DNA from: a virus
Lineage: Duplodnaviria; Caudoviricetes
Length of the DNA: 30,753 nt
IMG/VR virus record: IMGVR_UViG_3300044580_000565
Location: 1 to 30,753 of that record
Reading direction: 5' to 3' (one strand)
Numbering within the stretch: the first letter of the stretch is position 1; every line of letters starts with the position of its first letter. A program made the translations under genes and the position numbers. The notes under the pieces are model-generated. The model was not told where the DNA came from, did not search any database, and saw nothing but the letters and a program-made list of their open reading frames with translations. Positions 17,222 to 25,816 of this stretch are shown here, piece by piece.

Positions 17222-17460
17222 CCGTGAAACGCATCCGCCCCGTAGCGGGCGCAATCGTCCCGTATCCGTTCGCACCGCACGCCCCGATCCCGTCGGACGG
17301 GTGCCGGGTCGAATTCCCCGGCCCGTCGTCCTACTGGGTCCGCCGCGTCCGGGAAGGCGTCATCGAGATCGTCCCGGACGCCACCCCCACCCCCACGACC
17401 GCAGAAGCACCCGCTGCCCCGACCACCCCGAAGGGGGGGCGCAAGGTGAAGGAGGGCTGA
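17218..17460 (+). CDS. DUF2635-family small tail protein
   Basis: IRPVAG..VPYP...G..V...SYWVRRVREG, immediately before the sheath as in Mu-like tails; GGAGG RBS. Confidence 0.8.
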   Translation: MTVKRIRPVAGAIVPYPFAPHAPIPSDGCRVEFPGPSSYWVRRVREGVIEIVPDATPTPTTAEAPAAPTTPKGGRKVKEG

Positions 17461-17464
17461 CCAC

Positions 17465-18949
17465 ATGGCAATCGCATTCGGTTTTTCCGTTCCGAACGAG
17501 CCCGGCGTCTACGTCGAGGTTGACGGGTCCGCCTCCGGCGTCACCGGAAAGCAGAAGTCCCGCGTCCTGGTCCTGGGGCAGCGGCGTTCGACCGGCACCG
17601 TGGCAAAGGACACCCTGACCCTCGTTCCGTCTACGGCATCCGGGCGGACCTACTTCGGGCGCGGGTCGTTCATCGCCAACACCATCACCGTCTTGAAGGC
17701 GGCTTACCCGGGGGCCGAAGTCTGGGCGATTGCCCAGGATGACGACGGGGCGGGCGTTGCCGCATCCGGCACCCTGACCGTCACCGCGTCGGGTGCCCTG
17801 TCCGGGACGATCTACCTCTATATCGCCGGGAAACTGGTCACGGTCGGCGTGACCGCCGGCGACGCGCAGAACGACATCGCGACCGCGATTGCCGCCGCGA
17901 TCAACGCCGACGGCGACCTTCCCGTCACGGCGACTGCCCTAACGAACGCCGTCACCGTGACCTGCCGCCACAAGGGCGTGCTGGGCAACAAGATCGACCT
18001 GCGGCTGAACTACTACGGCGAAGCGGGTGGGGAAGTCCTGCCGTCCGGCGTGTCCATCGCCGTCGTGTCGATGGCATCCGGCACGACCGAGCCGGACCTT
18101 GATAACACCATCGCCGCGATGACCGATCAGGCGTTCGACACCATCGTCTGCCCGTACAGCATCGCCGCCCAGTTGATCGACTTGAAGGCGGAACTGGCGT
18201 CCCGCTGGTCCGCCACACGGATGGTTTACGGGCACGTCTGCGGGGCGGTTTCGTCGTCCTTCGCAGACCTGATTACCTTCGGCACGTCCACGGCACAGAA
18301 CGACCCGCACGTCACGGTCATCGGCTACACGGGATCCCCGACCCCGCCATGGGAGGTTTCCGCGTCCCTCGGTGCCCTGACCGCCGAACACCAGATGGAC
18401 GCCGACGAATCGACCCTGGCGCAGGGCTTCACGTCCCTCCCCCTGTACGGAATGAAGCCCCCAACCGCCGGGTCCGAGTTCACGGTCAGCGAAAGGGATT
18501 CGCTTCTGTCCTACGGGATCGCCACCTACACGGTCAACGGTGGATCCTGCTACCTGTCCCGCGCCCGGACGACCTACCGGACGGATTCGTCCGGAAGCCC
18601 CGACGGTGCCTTCTACGACCAAAGGACGCTGGCGATCCTCCAGCGCATCATCCGGTCCGACCGGGCGGCGTTCCTTCGGGACTTCGCCGGGGCGGTCCTC
18701 GTAGACGACGCGACCCGCGTCGGCGGCGGCTTGAAGGTCTGTTCGCCCGCCGTTGCCCGGGGCTGGTTCAGCGCCCGGTATGCCCGCTACGAAGCCCAGG
18801 GGCTCGTCACGGACGCCGACGGCTTCCTGAACGACCTCGTCATCGAGATCCATGACGGCGACCCGAACCGCCTGGACATCCTGTACCCGCCACAGATCAC
18901 CGGATGGCTCGCCACGGCGGCGATGAAGTTGCAGTTCCGCCTTGTCTAG
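17465..18949 (+). CDS. Contractile tail sheath protein (Mu gpL-like)
   Basis: PGVYVEVD, VLVLGQ, FGRGS, ERDSLLSYGIAT, RARTTY, DPNRLDILYPP. Confidence 0.95.
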   Translation: MAIAFGFSVPNEPGVYVEVDGSASGVTGKQKSRVLVLGQRRSTGTVAKDTLTLVPSTASGRTYFGRGSFIANTITVLKAAYPGAEVWAIAQDDDGAGVAASGTLTVTASGALSGTIYLYIAGKLVTVGVTAGDAQNDIATAIAAAINADGDLPVTATALTNAVTVTCRHKGVLGNKIDLRLNYYGEAGGEVLPSGVSIAVVSMASGTTEPDLDNTIAAMTDQAFDTIVCPYSIAAQLIDLKAELASRWSATRMVYGHVCGAVSSSFADLITFGTSTAQNDPHVTVIGYTGSPTPPWEVSASLGALTAEHQMDADESTLAQGFTSLPLYGMKPPTAGSEFTVSERDSLLSYGIATYTVNGGSCYLSRARTTYRTDSSGSPDGAFYDQRTLAILQRIIRSDRAAFLRDFAGAVLVDDATRVGGGLKVCSPAVARGWFSARYARYEAQGLVTDADGFLNDLVIEIHDGDPNRLDILYPPQITGWLATAAMKLQFRLV

Positions 18950-18973
18950 CAAGGCGTTGAGTGAGGTGTACCC

Positions 18974-19330
18974 ATGGCAACCCCTACGGGCGGAATCAAG
19001 CGTTTCAGCGTTGACGGCGTAGCCCTCGACGTGGCGGAAGTCGGTTCCTTCTCCATCGCCAAGGAAAAGCGGTCGTCGGTCGAGGTGGCGGCAGGAAACC
19101 CCGGGTCGAACGTCGTCCCGGCGATCCCCCACGTCGAGGTGGTCATCCTGACCCGGGGCATCCGGATCAGTGACTACGTCGCCCAGGAAGGCGTGACGGC
19201 GCAACTCGACCTCGCGAACGGGACCTCCTTCGTCTGGTCGGATGCAACGGAAGTAGGGGACGGCGAAGTCAACCCGGCGGACGGGAAATTGTCCCTCCGC
19301 TACGAGTCCGCAGACGCCAAGGAACTGTGA
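18974..19330 (+). CDS. Tail tube protein (Mu gpM-like)
   Basis: 118 aa after the sheath; FSVDG, TAQLDLANG, DGKLSLRYES. Confidence 0.88.
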   Translation: MATPTGGIKRFSVDGVALDVAEVGSFSIAKEKRSSVEVAAGNPGSNVVPAIPHVEVVILTRGIRISDYVAQEGVTAQLDLANGTSFVWSDATEVGDGEVNPADGKLSLRYESADAKEL

Positions 19331-19396
19331 CCGTCCCGACCCTGACCAGCTCCTTCCCCACGCGAAGCGACCCCTGATAACCCGAGGTGACCCGAC

Positions 19397-19726
19397 ATGG
19401 ACGGGCAAATCACCCTGACCCACGCAATCGAAATCAATGGACAGCCAAAGACCGTCCTGCGGATCCGGCACCGGCTTTCGATGGGCGACCTTGCCGCCGT
19501 CCAGCGATACGCCCGGCGAAACGATTTGCCCGGAGGCGTTGACGACCTGCTGGAAGCCGGGGACATCGGGGCGATCCTCGCCCTGGTCGAATCCCTCTGC
19601 CAGTTGCCCGCCGGAACCCTCGACCAGTTGCACCCGGACGATTTCCCGGCGGTTGTCGAGGCGGCAACCCCTTTTTTGGGCGGGACGGAATCCCCGGCGA
19701 CTGGCAAGCCGCCCTCGGAGTCCTAG
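19397..19726 (+). CDS. Tail assembly chaperone (Mu gp41 / P2 E-like)
   Basis: ITLTHAIEING, LCQLP...LDQLHPDDF; T6G slippery site near the 3' end. Confidence 0.88.
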   Translation: MDGQITLTHAIEINGQPKTVLRIRHRLSMGDLAAVQRYARRNDLPGGVDDLLEAGDIGAILALVESLCQLPAGTLDQLHPDDFPAVVEAATPFLGGTESPATGKPPSES

Positions 19727-19851
19727 CCCTGTCGGCGGGTTGGGGTCCGGATGAACTCCTAGCCCTGACCCCCGATGACCTGGCTTTTTGGACGGAAACC
19801 CTCGAAGCGGGCGGGAAAGCCCTTGACGCCGCCCGCAGCGTGAAACGCTGA
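19672..19851 (+). CDS. -1 frameshift extension of the tail chaperone (GpE'-like); absent from the ORF track
   Basis: T TTT TTG at 19672-19678; -1 frame reads FFGRDGIPGDWQAALGVLALSAGWGPDELLALTPDDLAFWTETLEAGGKALDAARSVKR*, with the stop overlapping the tape-measure ATG. Confidence 0.85.
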   Translation, partial: FFGRDGIPGDWQAALGVLALSAGWGPDELLALTPDDLAFWTETLEAGGKALDAARSVKR

Positions 19852-21443
19852 TGGCAACGACGCTCCCGATCAAAGTCGAAGTCGCCGCCACCGATAAGGC
19901 GTCCCAACAGATCCGGAAGACCTTGGGGCGGATCGGGAAGGCTGCGCGGGCGTTTTCGGCGGGGACGGGAAAGAAGGTCGCCGCGTTCGGGGCCGCCGCA
20001 AAGACGGCATCCGACGGGATCGGGAAGGTCGGGGCAACCGCGTTGAAGTTCGGGGCTGCCGCTGCCGCGGCAGGGGTCGCAGCGGGGATCGCCGCCGGGA
20101 AGATGCTGACCGCCTGGGCGGCAAACGCCGACGAATTCGCCAAGTTCTCGCGGCAGGTCGGGGTTTCCGTCGAGTCGTTGCAGGAACTTCGGTTCGCATC
20201 TGAACGCCAGGGGGTCGGGGCGGATGTCCTGAACAAGTCCCTCGAAAAGATGTCCCTGCTGATCGGGCAGGCGAAGTCCGGTCAGGGTGCCCTCAATACC
20301 TACCTGAAGAAGACGAACCCCTCCCTCCTGAAACAGGTCAAGGCGGCCCGGTCAAACGAGGAAGCCTTTGACGTGCTGGCGGGTGCGATTGCGGGGATCG
20401 AGGACCCCAACCGCCGGGCTGCCCTCGCAGTCGCGGCATTCGGGAAGTCCGGGGCGAAGATGACCCGCCTCGTGGACGGGGGCACCGAAGCCCTTGCCGC
20501 CCTCCGGGCGGAACAGCGGAAGAACGGCGTCATCACGACGAAGGCGGCGAATGACGCAGAGGCATTCAACGACCGGATTACCGACTTGAAGGCGTCCCTG
20601 GCGGGCATCTTTCACGTCATCGCCGCCCGGGTCATCCCGATCCTGACCCCGTTGATCGCCCGGACGCGGGAATGGGTCTTGGCAAACAAGGACCTGATCG
20701 CCGGGAAGCTCGAAGCCGCCGTCCGGGGCATCGTGGATGCCTTCGGCAAGGCATATCGATGGATCCAGGACAACAAAGCCGCCCTGTCCGACCTGGCTTC
20801 AACGTCTTTCGACGCCCTCAAAGCGTCCGTGACTTGGCTCAAGGACAACTGGGAGGATGTACGGTCCGCGGTTGAAATCCTCGCCACGGTCTGGATCGCG
20901 GGGAAACTGTTCGGGGCAATCGAAGGGCTGAAAAACGCCTTCAAGATCGTTGCGACCTCGCCCCACTACCTCGCGGTCTTCGGAACGATCATCGCCGCCA
21001 AGAAGATGGCGGACGCTTTCGACAAGTCGGGGAAGGACTGGATCAAGTCCTATGCCCGGGAATCCAAGGGCGTCCGGACATTCGACGATCCCGAAAAAGC
21101 CGCTGACTACGCCCGCAAGGAAGGCGAACGGCTCGCGGCAGCGGCGGATGCCGCCCGTGCTTCCCGCGAAGCGATCCGCGATGCAACCGACAACCTGACC
21201 GGACCGGACCTGCCCTATTACATCGGCGGTCGTCCCGCGTCCTTCGGCGGAACGGAAACCGGGCGCGTCTACGTCCCCCGGATCGCGAAAGCCGCGACCC
21301 GTGCGGAAGTCGGCGGGGAAGTCCGCCTGAAGTTCGACAACCCCCCGGCGGGGCTCCGGGTCGAGGATGTCCGTTCGACTAACCCGAACGTCCCGCTTCG
21401 GGCAGACGTGGGGCGGTCCCGCGTCGGGATGGTCGCACCATGA
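19851..21443 (+). CDS. Tail tape measure protein
   Basis: Ala/Gly-rich helical protein (ATDKAS, GVSVESLQEL, AAFGKSG) following the chaperone; 530 aa. Confidence 0.9.
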   Translation: MATTLPIKVEVAATDKASQQIRKTLGRIGKAARAFSAGTGKKVAAFGAAAKTASDGIGKVGATALKFGAAAAAAGVAAGIAAGKMLTAWAANADEFAKFSRQVGVSVESLQELRFASERQGVGADVLNKSLEKMSLLIGQAKSGQGALNTYLKKTNPSLLKQVKAARSNEEAFDVLAGAIAGIEDPNRRAALAVAAFGKSGAKMTRLVDGGTEALAALRAEQRKNGVITTKAANDAEAFNDRITDLKASLAGIFHVIAARVIPILTPLIARTREWVLANKDLIAGKLEAAVRGIVDAFGKAYRWIQDNKAALSDLASTSFDALKASVTWLKDNWEDVRSAVEILATVWIAGKLFGAIEGLKNAFKIVATSPHYLAVFGTIIAAKKMADAFDKSGKDWIKSYARESKGVRTFDDPEKAADYARKEGERLAAAADAARASREAIRDATDNLTGPDLPYYIGGRPASFGGTETGRVYVPRIAKAATRAEVGGEVRLKFDNPPAGLRVEDVRSTNPNVPLRADVGRSRVGMVAP

Positions 21444-22594
21444 AAGCCACCGACCTGCGGGCAGCCTCCTTCCGGGGCATCCAGTTCGCCGCACGGGGCA
21501 TCGGCGGCAACGCCGGTCGCCGGGTCGTCGTCCACGAGTACCCCGGGCGGGATGACGTGACGACGGACGACCTCGGGCGGGCGATGCGCATCTATCGCCT
21601 CGAAGCCGTCGTCACCGGGGCGGACTGGCAGACCCGCTATCGGGACCTGCTCGCGGCTTGCGAAACCCCAGGCATCGGGGAACTCGTCCACCCCGAGGGC
21701 TTCCGGAAGCGGGTCGTCCCTTACGAGCCCGCCGACTATTCGGTCAGTTCCGTCGGGGAAGTCGTCCTGTCCCTGGTGTTCGTCGAGGTGTCCGACGCCC
21801 CCATCCTGACCGCCGAACCCGATCCGGTTGCAACGGTCATCGCGGCGGCATCGTCCCTGTTCGCCGGGGCGAAGGCGGACCTTGAAGGGGCGTGGGATAC
21901 GGCGGCGGGTGCGGTCGGGGTCGTCACGGACTCCCTGGATGCCGTCAACGGGATCATCCGGACCGGGATGCCTGGCACCGGGGCAGCCGCCGCCCTTGCA
22001 GCCTTGCGGAACATCGAAGGATCCGTCCGGGACCTGGCTACGGCCCCAGCGGACCTTGCCGACGCCTGGGCCGGGTTCTTCGATGCCGTGACCGATCCGA
22101 CCGTGCTTCGCGTCATCGCGGACAGGTATGCGACGGGGACGGCGGCATCGGTCGGATACGACCTATTGCCGACCCCGAACATCCGTGCAGCTGCGTTGAA
22201 CGCACACGCCCTGGATCGGTTCCTGTGGGTCGCGTCCCTCGGATCCCTTGCCGGGGCCGTCGCCGGGACGACCTACACGGCGTTTGACGATGCCGACGAA
22301 GCCGTCCGTGACCTGTCCGCCCGGACGGTCGCGGCGGAATCCTTCGCGGGGTCGGCGGCAGTAGTTCTCGGGCTTGCCGACCTTCGGGGATCCCTCGTGT
22401 CGGGCGTCCTGGTCATCGCCCAGGAGCTCCCCAGGCTTCGGACCTTCACCCCGGGGTGGACCGCATCGGCGGCGGAAATCGCGCAGCGCCTGTACCGGGA
22501 CGGCACCCGGGCGGACGAAATCGTCGCCCGCAACCGGATCCAGCATCCGGGCTTCATCCCCCAGGACATCGACCTTCGGGTCTTGACGGCATAG
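21440..22594 (+). CDS. Mu gpN-like DNA circularisation / tail protein
   Basis: LRAASFRGIQF, GRRVVVHEYPGRD...DDLGR, GELVHP, C-terminal LYRDGTRADEIVARNRIQHPGFIP. Confidence 0.92.
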   Translation: MKATDLRAASFRGIQFAARGIGGNAGRRVVVHEYPGRDDVTTDDLGRAMRIYRLEAVVTGADWQTRYRDLLAACETPGIGELVHPEGFRKRVVPYEPADYSVSSVGEVVLSLVFVEVSDAPILTAEPDPVATVIAAASSLFAGAKADLEGAWDTAAGAVGVVTDSLDAVNGIIRTGMPGTGAAAALAALRNIEGSVRDLATAPADLADAWAGFFDAVTDPTVLRVIADRYATGTAASVGYDLLPTPNIRAAALNAHALDRFLWVASLGSLAGAVAGTTYTAFDDADEAVRDLSARTVAAESFAGSAAVVLGLADLRGSLVSGVLVIAQELPRLRTFTPGWTASAAEIAQRLYRDGTRADEIVARNRIQHPGFIPQDIDLRVLTA

Positions 22595-22597
22595 ACG

Positions 22598-23668
22598 ATG
22601 GAACGGGTAGGACTGCAAATCGACGGACGCACCTGGACGGGCTGGACAGCCGTGTCCGTCGCCCGGGGCATCGATCAGGCGGCGGGGGCGTTTTCCCTGT
22701 CCCTGACGACCCGGCAGCCCGACGACCCGTTGCCCATCGGGCTTCGCCCCGGTGTCCCCGTGACCCTGACCGCCGGGGGTGATGCCTTCCTAACCGGCAT
22801 CGTGGATGACGTAGACATCGGGGAATCCGCCCAGGATGTCTCCCTGTCCGTCACCGGACGGTCGAAGACGGCGAAGCTCCTTCGCGGTTCGGCGGTCACG
22901 GACACCGGGGTCTTCCGGGGTCAGTCCCTCCTTCAAATTGCCCGGAAACTCGCATTGCCGGCCGGGATCGAAGTCGTCGTCCGAGACTGGTCGGACACCT
23001 GGCAGCCAATCCCGATCCTGCGGCTGACCCCCGGTGAGTCCCCCTTTGATGCCATCGAACGGGCAGCCCGGGAAAGGGCGTGCCTTGTGACCGACGACCC
23101 CGAAGGGCGGCTTGTCCTGTGTCGTGTCGGTCGGGAACGTGCGGACGATCTGCGGTACGGCACGTCCCCTGTCCTGTCGTGGGGCTACCGGGCGACCGCC
23201 GCCGAACGGGGCACCGTCTATCGCGTCATCGGACAGAAGGCGGGGACGGATACCGCGTTCGGTGCCGATGCCGCCGGGTGCAAGGGAATCGCCTACGACC
23301 GGGGATGGACGGACGATGAAATCACCGTGACCCTGCGTGCCGAAGGGCAGGCGGACAACTCCGCTTGTCAACGGCGGGCGAATTGGGAAGCCGCCGTCCG
23401 GGCTGGCAAGGCAACGACAGTCGAGGTCCGCGTCCCCGGCTGGCGGATGTCGAACGGGAACTTCTGGACGCACAACCTGCTGTCCCGGGTCGAATACCCC
23501 CGGGCACGGGTAGACCGTGACCTGCTGATCGCATCGGTCCGCCTCACGCAAGACGAATCCGGCGAATTCGCAGACCTGTCCCTCGCCCCGCCTTCGGGTT
23601 TCACGCCGGAAAAGCAACCCGCCGGGGTCGATTGGACCGGCATCTGGAACGAGGACTGGGGGTTCTGA
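22598..23668 (+). CDS. Baseplate hub protein (Mu gp44/gpP-like)
   Basis: GWTAVSVARGID, VTGRSKT, PGESPFDAIER, RRANWEAAVRAG, VPGWR. Confidence 0.92.
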   Translation: MERVGLQIDGRTWTGWTAVSVARGIDQAAGAFSLSLTTRQPDDPLPIGLRPGVPVTLTAGGDAFLTGIVDDVDIGESAQDVSLSVTGRSKTAKLLRGSAVTDTGVFRGQSLLQIARKLALPAGIEVVVRDWSDTWQPIPILRLTPGESPFDAIERAARERACLVTDDPEGRLVLCRVGRERADDLRYGTSPVLSWGYRATAAERGTVYRVIGQKAGTDTAFGADAAGCKGIAYDRGWTDDEITVTLRAEGQADNSACQRRANWEAAVRAGKATTVEVRVPGWRMSNGNFWTHNLLSRVEYPRARVDRDLLIASVRLTQDESGEFADLSLAPPSGFTPEKQPAGVDWTGIWNEDWGF

Positions 23669-24169
23669 ATGGCGGCGATCCTCGACAGCCTGATCCGCAT
23701 CGTCCAGGGCATCGTTGTCCGGGGCGTCGTCCGATTGGTGGACGCATCCGGGAAGATGCAGACCGTCCAGGTCACTACCACGGACGGGACGACCGACGAA
23801 GCGGAGCATTTCGAGGCATACGGTTTCACGTCCCGTCCGAAGTCCGGTGCCGAAGCCGTTGTCCTTCATGTCGGTGGCACGTCCCATCCCGTCGTCATCG
23901 TTGCCGCAGACCGCCGCTACCGGGTCACGGGACTTGCGGAGGGCGAAGTCATCCTGCACGACGACCAGGGGCAGAAGGTCCACCTGAAACGGGACGGCAT
24001 CTACATCGACGGCAAGAAGGTTGCCGTGACCGGGGACACGACCGTTTCCGGCGACCTTGAAGCCACGTCCGGGTCGTTCACGTCCGCCGCTACCGGGTCC
24101 TTCGTTTCCTACGACGGCAAGGCAGTCACCGTTTCCGGCGGGGTCGTGACCGCCATCACGGGTCCGTGA
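23669..24169 (+). CDS. Baseplate spike (Mu gp45 / gpV)
   Basis: EHFEAYGFTSRP..GAEAV, DRRYR..GLAEGEV.LHDDQG. Confidence 0.93.
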   Translation: MAAILDSLIRIVQGIVVRGVVRLVDASGKMQTVQVTTTDGTTDEAEHFEAYGFTSRPKSGAEAVVLHVGGTSHPVVIVAADRRYRVTGLAEGEVILHDDQGQKVHLKRDGIYIDGKKVAVTGDTTVSGDLEATSGSFTSAATGSFVSYDGKAVTVSGGVVTAITGP

Positions 24170-24178
24170 GGTTAGGCG

Positions 24179-25813
24179 ATGGCAGCAACCCACAAGACCG
24201 TCAAGCAGTCCGGCGGGGCTGACTACACGACGATTTCCGCTGCCCTCGCGGCTTCGTCGTCAGGGACCGGACCATCCGACCGGTCAACCGTCACGATCCT
24301 CGACTCGGCTACCTACTCCGAAGCGGTGTCCTTCGGGACGCTGAACTACATCGACCTGACCGTTGAAGCCGGATGCGCCCCGACCATCACCTCGACCGCT
24401 ACGACGTTCGCGGCGTCCGCAGGGGCGAACTACATCCGGGTTATCGGGGACCCCGCCGCCCCCGGGCTTCTGCTCTTGAACCCAGGCGGGGGGACCAGCG
24501 GATCCGCGTTTTCCCTCGCCCCCGGGGTGTCCCTGACCGTTCAGGACTTCAACTTCGGTTCCTCGACCGGCACGGCGAACGTCTTTGCCAACGGGACGAC
24601 CGGCACCGCCTGGACATTCACCCGCTGCGACTGCACGGGTGGCAACTGGTCGTCCCCTGTCAGGGGCAGCGGGGTCGGGACCATCACCCTGACCGAGTGC
24701 GACTGGACGGCGATGGTCAACCAGACCGGACCCGTCGTGACGACGAACAGCGCCCGGCTGATCGTGTCGAAGTGCCGCCTCAAGGGCTCAACCCTGCTCG
24801 GGTCCTTCACGACCCTCGGGACGGCTTCTGGGGTGCATTCGGTCACGAACACGATCCTCGTGCAGACGGTCCACACGACCTATACCGCGATGATCGATTT
24901 CCGCCCGTCCGCAGGGCATTCGGTCGGGGCGTCCGTTTGGGACTGCACCCTGATCGGTGAAGGCACGGCTGGCAAGATCGGGTTCCGTACCGAGTACGGC
25001 AACGAGTCCGTCCGCAACCTGATCGTCAAGGGCTTCGCCTCGCAAGGCTGGTATTCCCTGACCGCATGGCAGCCGTCCTATTCCTGCACCTACGGATGCG
25101 GGACGGTCTACGGCGGATCCGCGTCGGCGGGTGCCGGAATGATCGAATCCGACCCCCTGCTGGACGGGGACTACCGCCCGGCGTGGGGATCCCCCTGCAT
25201 CGGCACCGGCACCCTGACCGGACTCACCGAGGACATCGAAGGCAACCCCCGTCCGTACAACGCCACGGAGGACATGGGCGCTTTCGAGTTCGCCCGGGAC
25301 GTGACCATCTACACGGGGACGGCCCGGACCGGCGAACCCGCCTACGTCTACGCGACCGACCTGACCGGGGCACCGCTGCCCGGCTTCGACCCGTTCGACC
25401 TGACGCCCGCGGTGCCCGGGGATCCCCTCGTCACCCTCGCCCAACTGGTGCTGGTGTCCCTGCTGTCCGACCGCGAAGCCCTCGTGTCCGACCGTATCCC
25501 CGATGGAACGGACGACCGCCGGGGCTGGTGGGCGGATGCCTACGAAGAAGACGGAGCGAAGGTCGGATCCCGCCTCTGGCTACTGATGGGGCAACCAGTC
25601 CGAAACACGACCCCTGACGACGCAAAGGCATACGGCGAGGAAGCCCTTGCCTGGATGACCCGGGACGGACTTGCCGCCGGGGTTGTCGTTGACGCCGAGA
25701 CCCAAGGCACGGCGCAGGAACGGCGGATCGCCGTCGGGATCAACGTCACCCGGGGCGACGGGACGGGCGTCCGGATCCGGTTCCCAGACCTTTGGGCGGC
25801 ACTTGGAGGCTGA
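24179..25813 (+). CDS. Fusion: pectin-lyase-like beta-helix domain + C-terminal Mu gp46-family baseplate protein
   Basis: N-terminal TVKQSGGADYTTISAAL, then SDPLL...GSPCIGTG...DIEGNPRP...DMGAFE; last ~130 aa VSLLSDR...DRRGWWAD...GSRLWLL...AYGEEALAWM match gp46. Confidence 0.85.
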   Translation: MAATHKTVKQSGGADYTTISAALAASSSGTGPSDRSTVTILDSATYSEAVSFGTLNYIDLTVEAGCAPTITSTATTFAASAGANYIRVIGDPAAPGLLLLNPGGGTSGSAFSLAPGVSLTVQDFNFGSSTGTANVFANGTTGTAWTFTRCDCTGGNWSSPVRGSGVGTITLTECDWTAMVNQTGPVVTTNSARLIVSKCRLKGSTLLGSFTTLGTASGVHSVTNTILVQTVHTTYTAMIDFRPSAGHSVGASVWDCTLIGEGTAGKIGFRTEYGNESVRNLIVKGFASQGWYSLTAWQPSYSCTYGCGTVYGGSASAGAGMIESDPLLDGDYRPAWGSPCIGTGTLTGLTEDIEGNPRPYNATEDMGAFEFARDVTIYTGTARTGEPAYVYATDLTGAPLPGFDPFDLTPAVPGDPLVTLAQLVLVSLLSDREALVSDRIPDGTDDRRGWWADAYEEDGAKVGSRLWLLMGQPVRNTTPDDAKAYGEEALAWMTRDGLAAGVVVDAETQGTAQERRIAVGINVTRGDGTGVRIRFPDLWAALGG

Positions 25814-25816
25814 TCG

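Noticed and set aside
17939-20236. Long minus-strand ORFs (765 aa here; also 13763-15391, 22790-24193, 25580-27244)
   Set aside because: Antisense shadows of well-supported + strand genes, expected in high-GC sequence; no motifs
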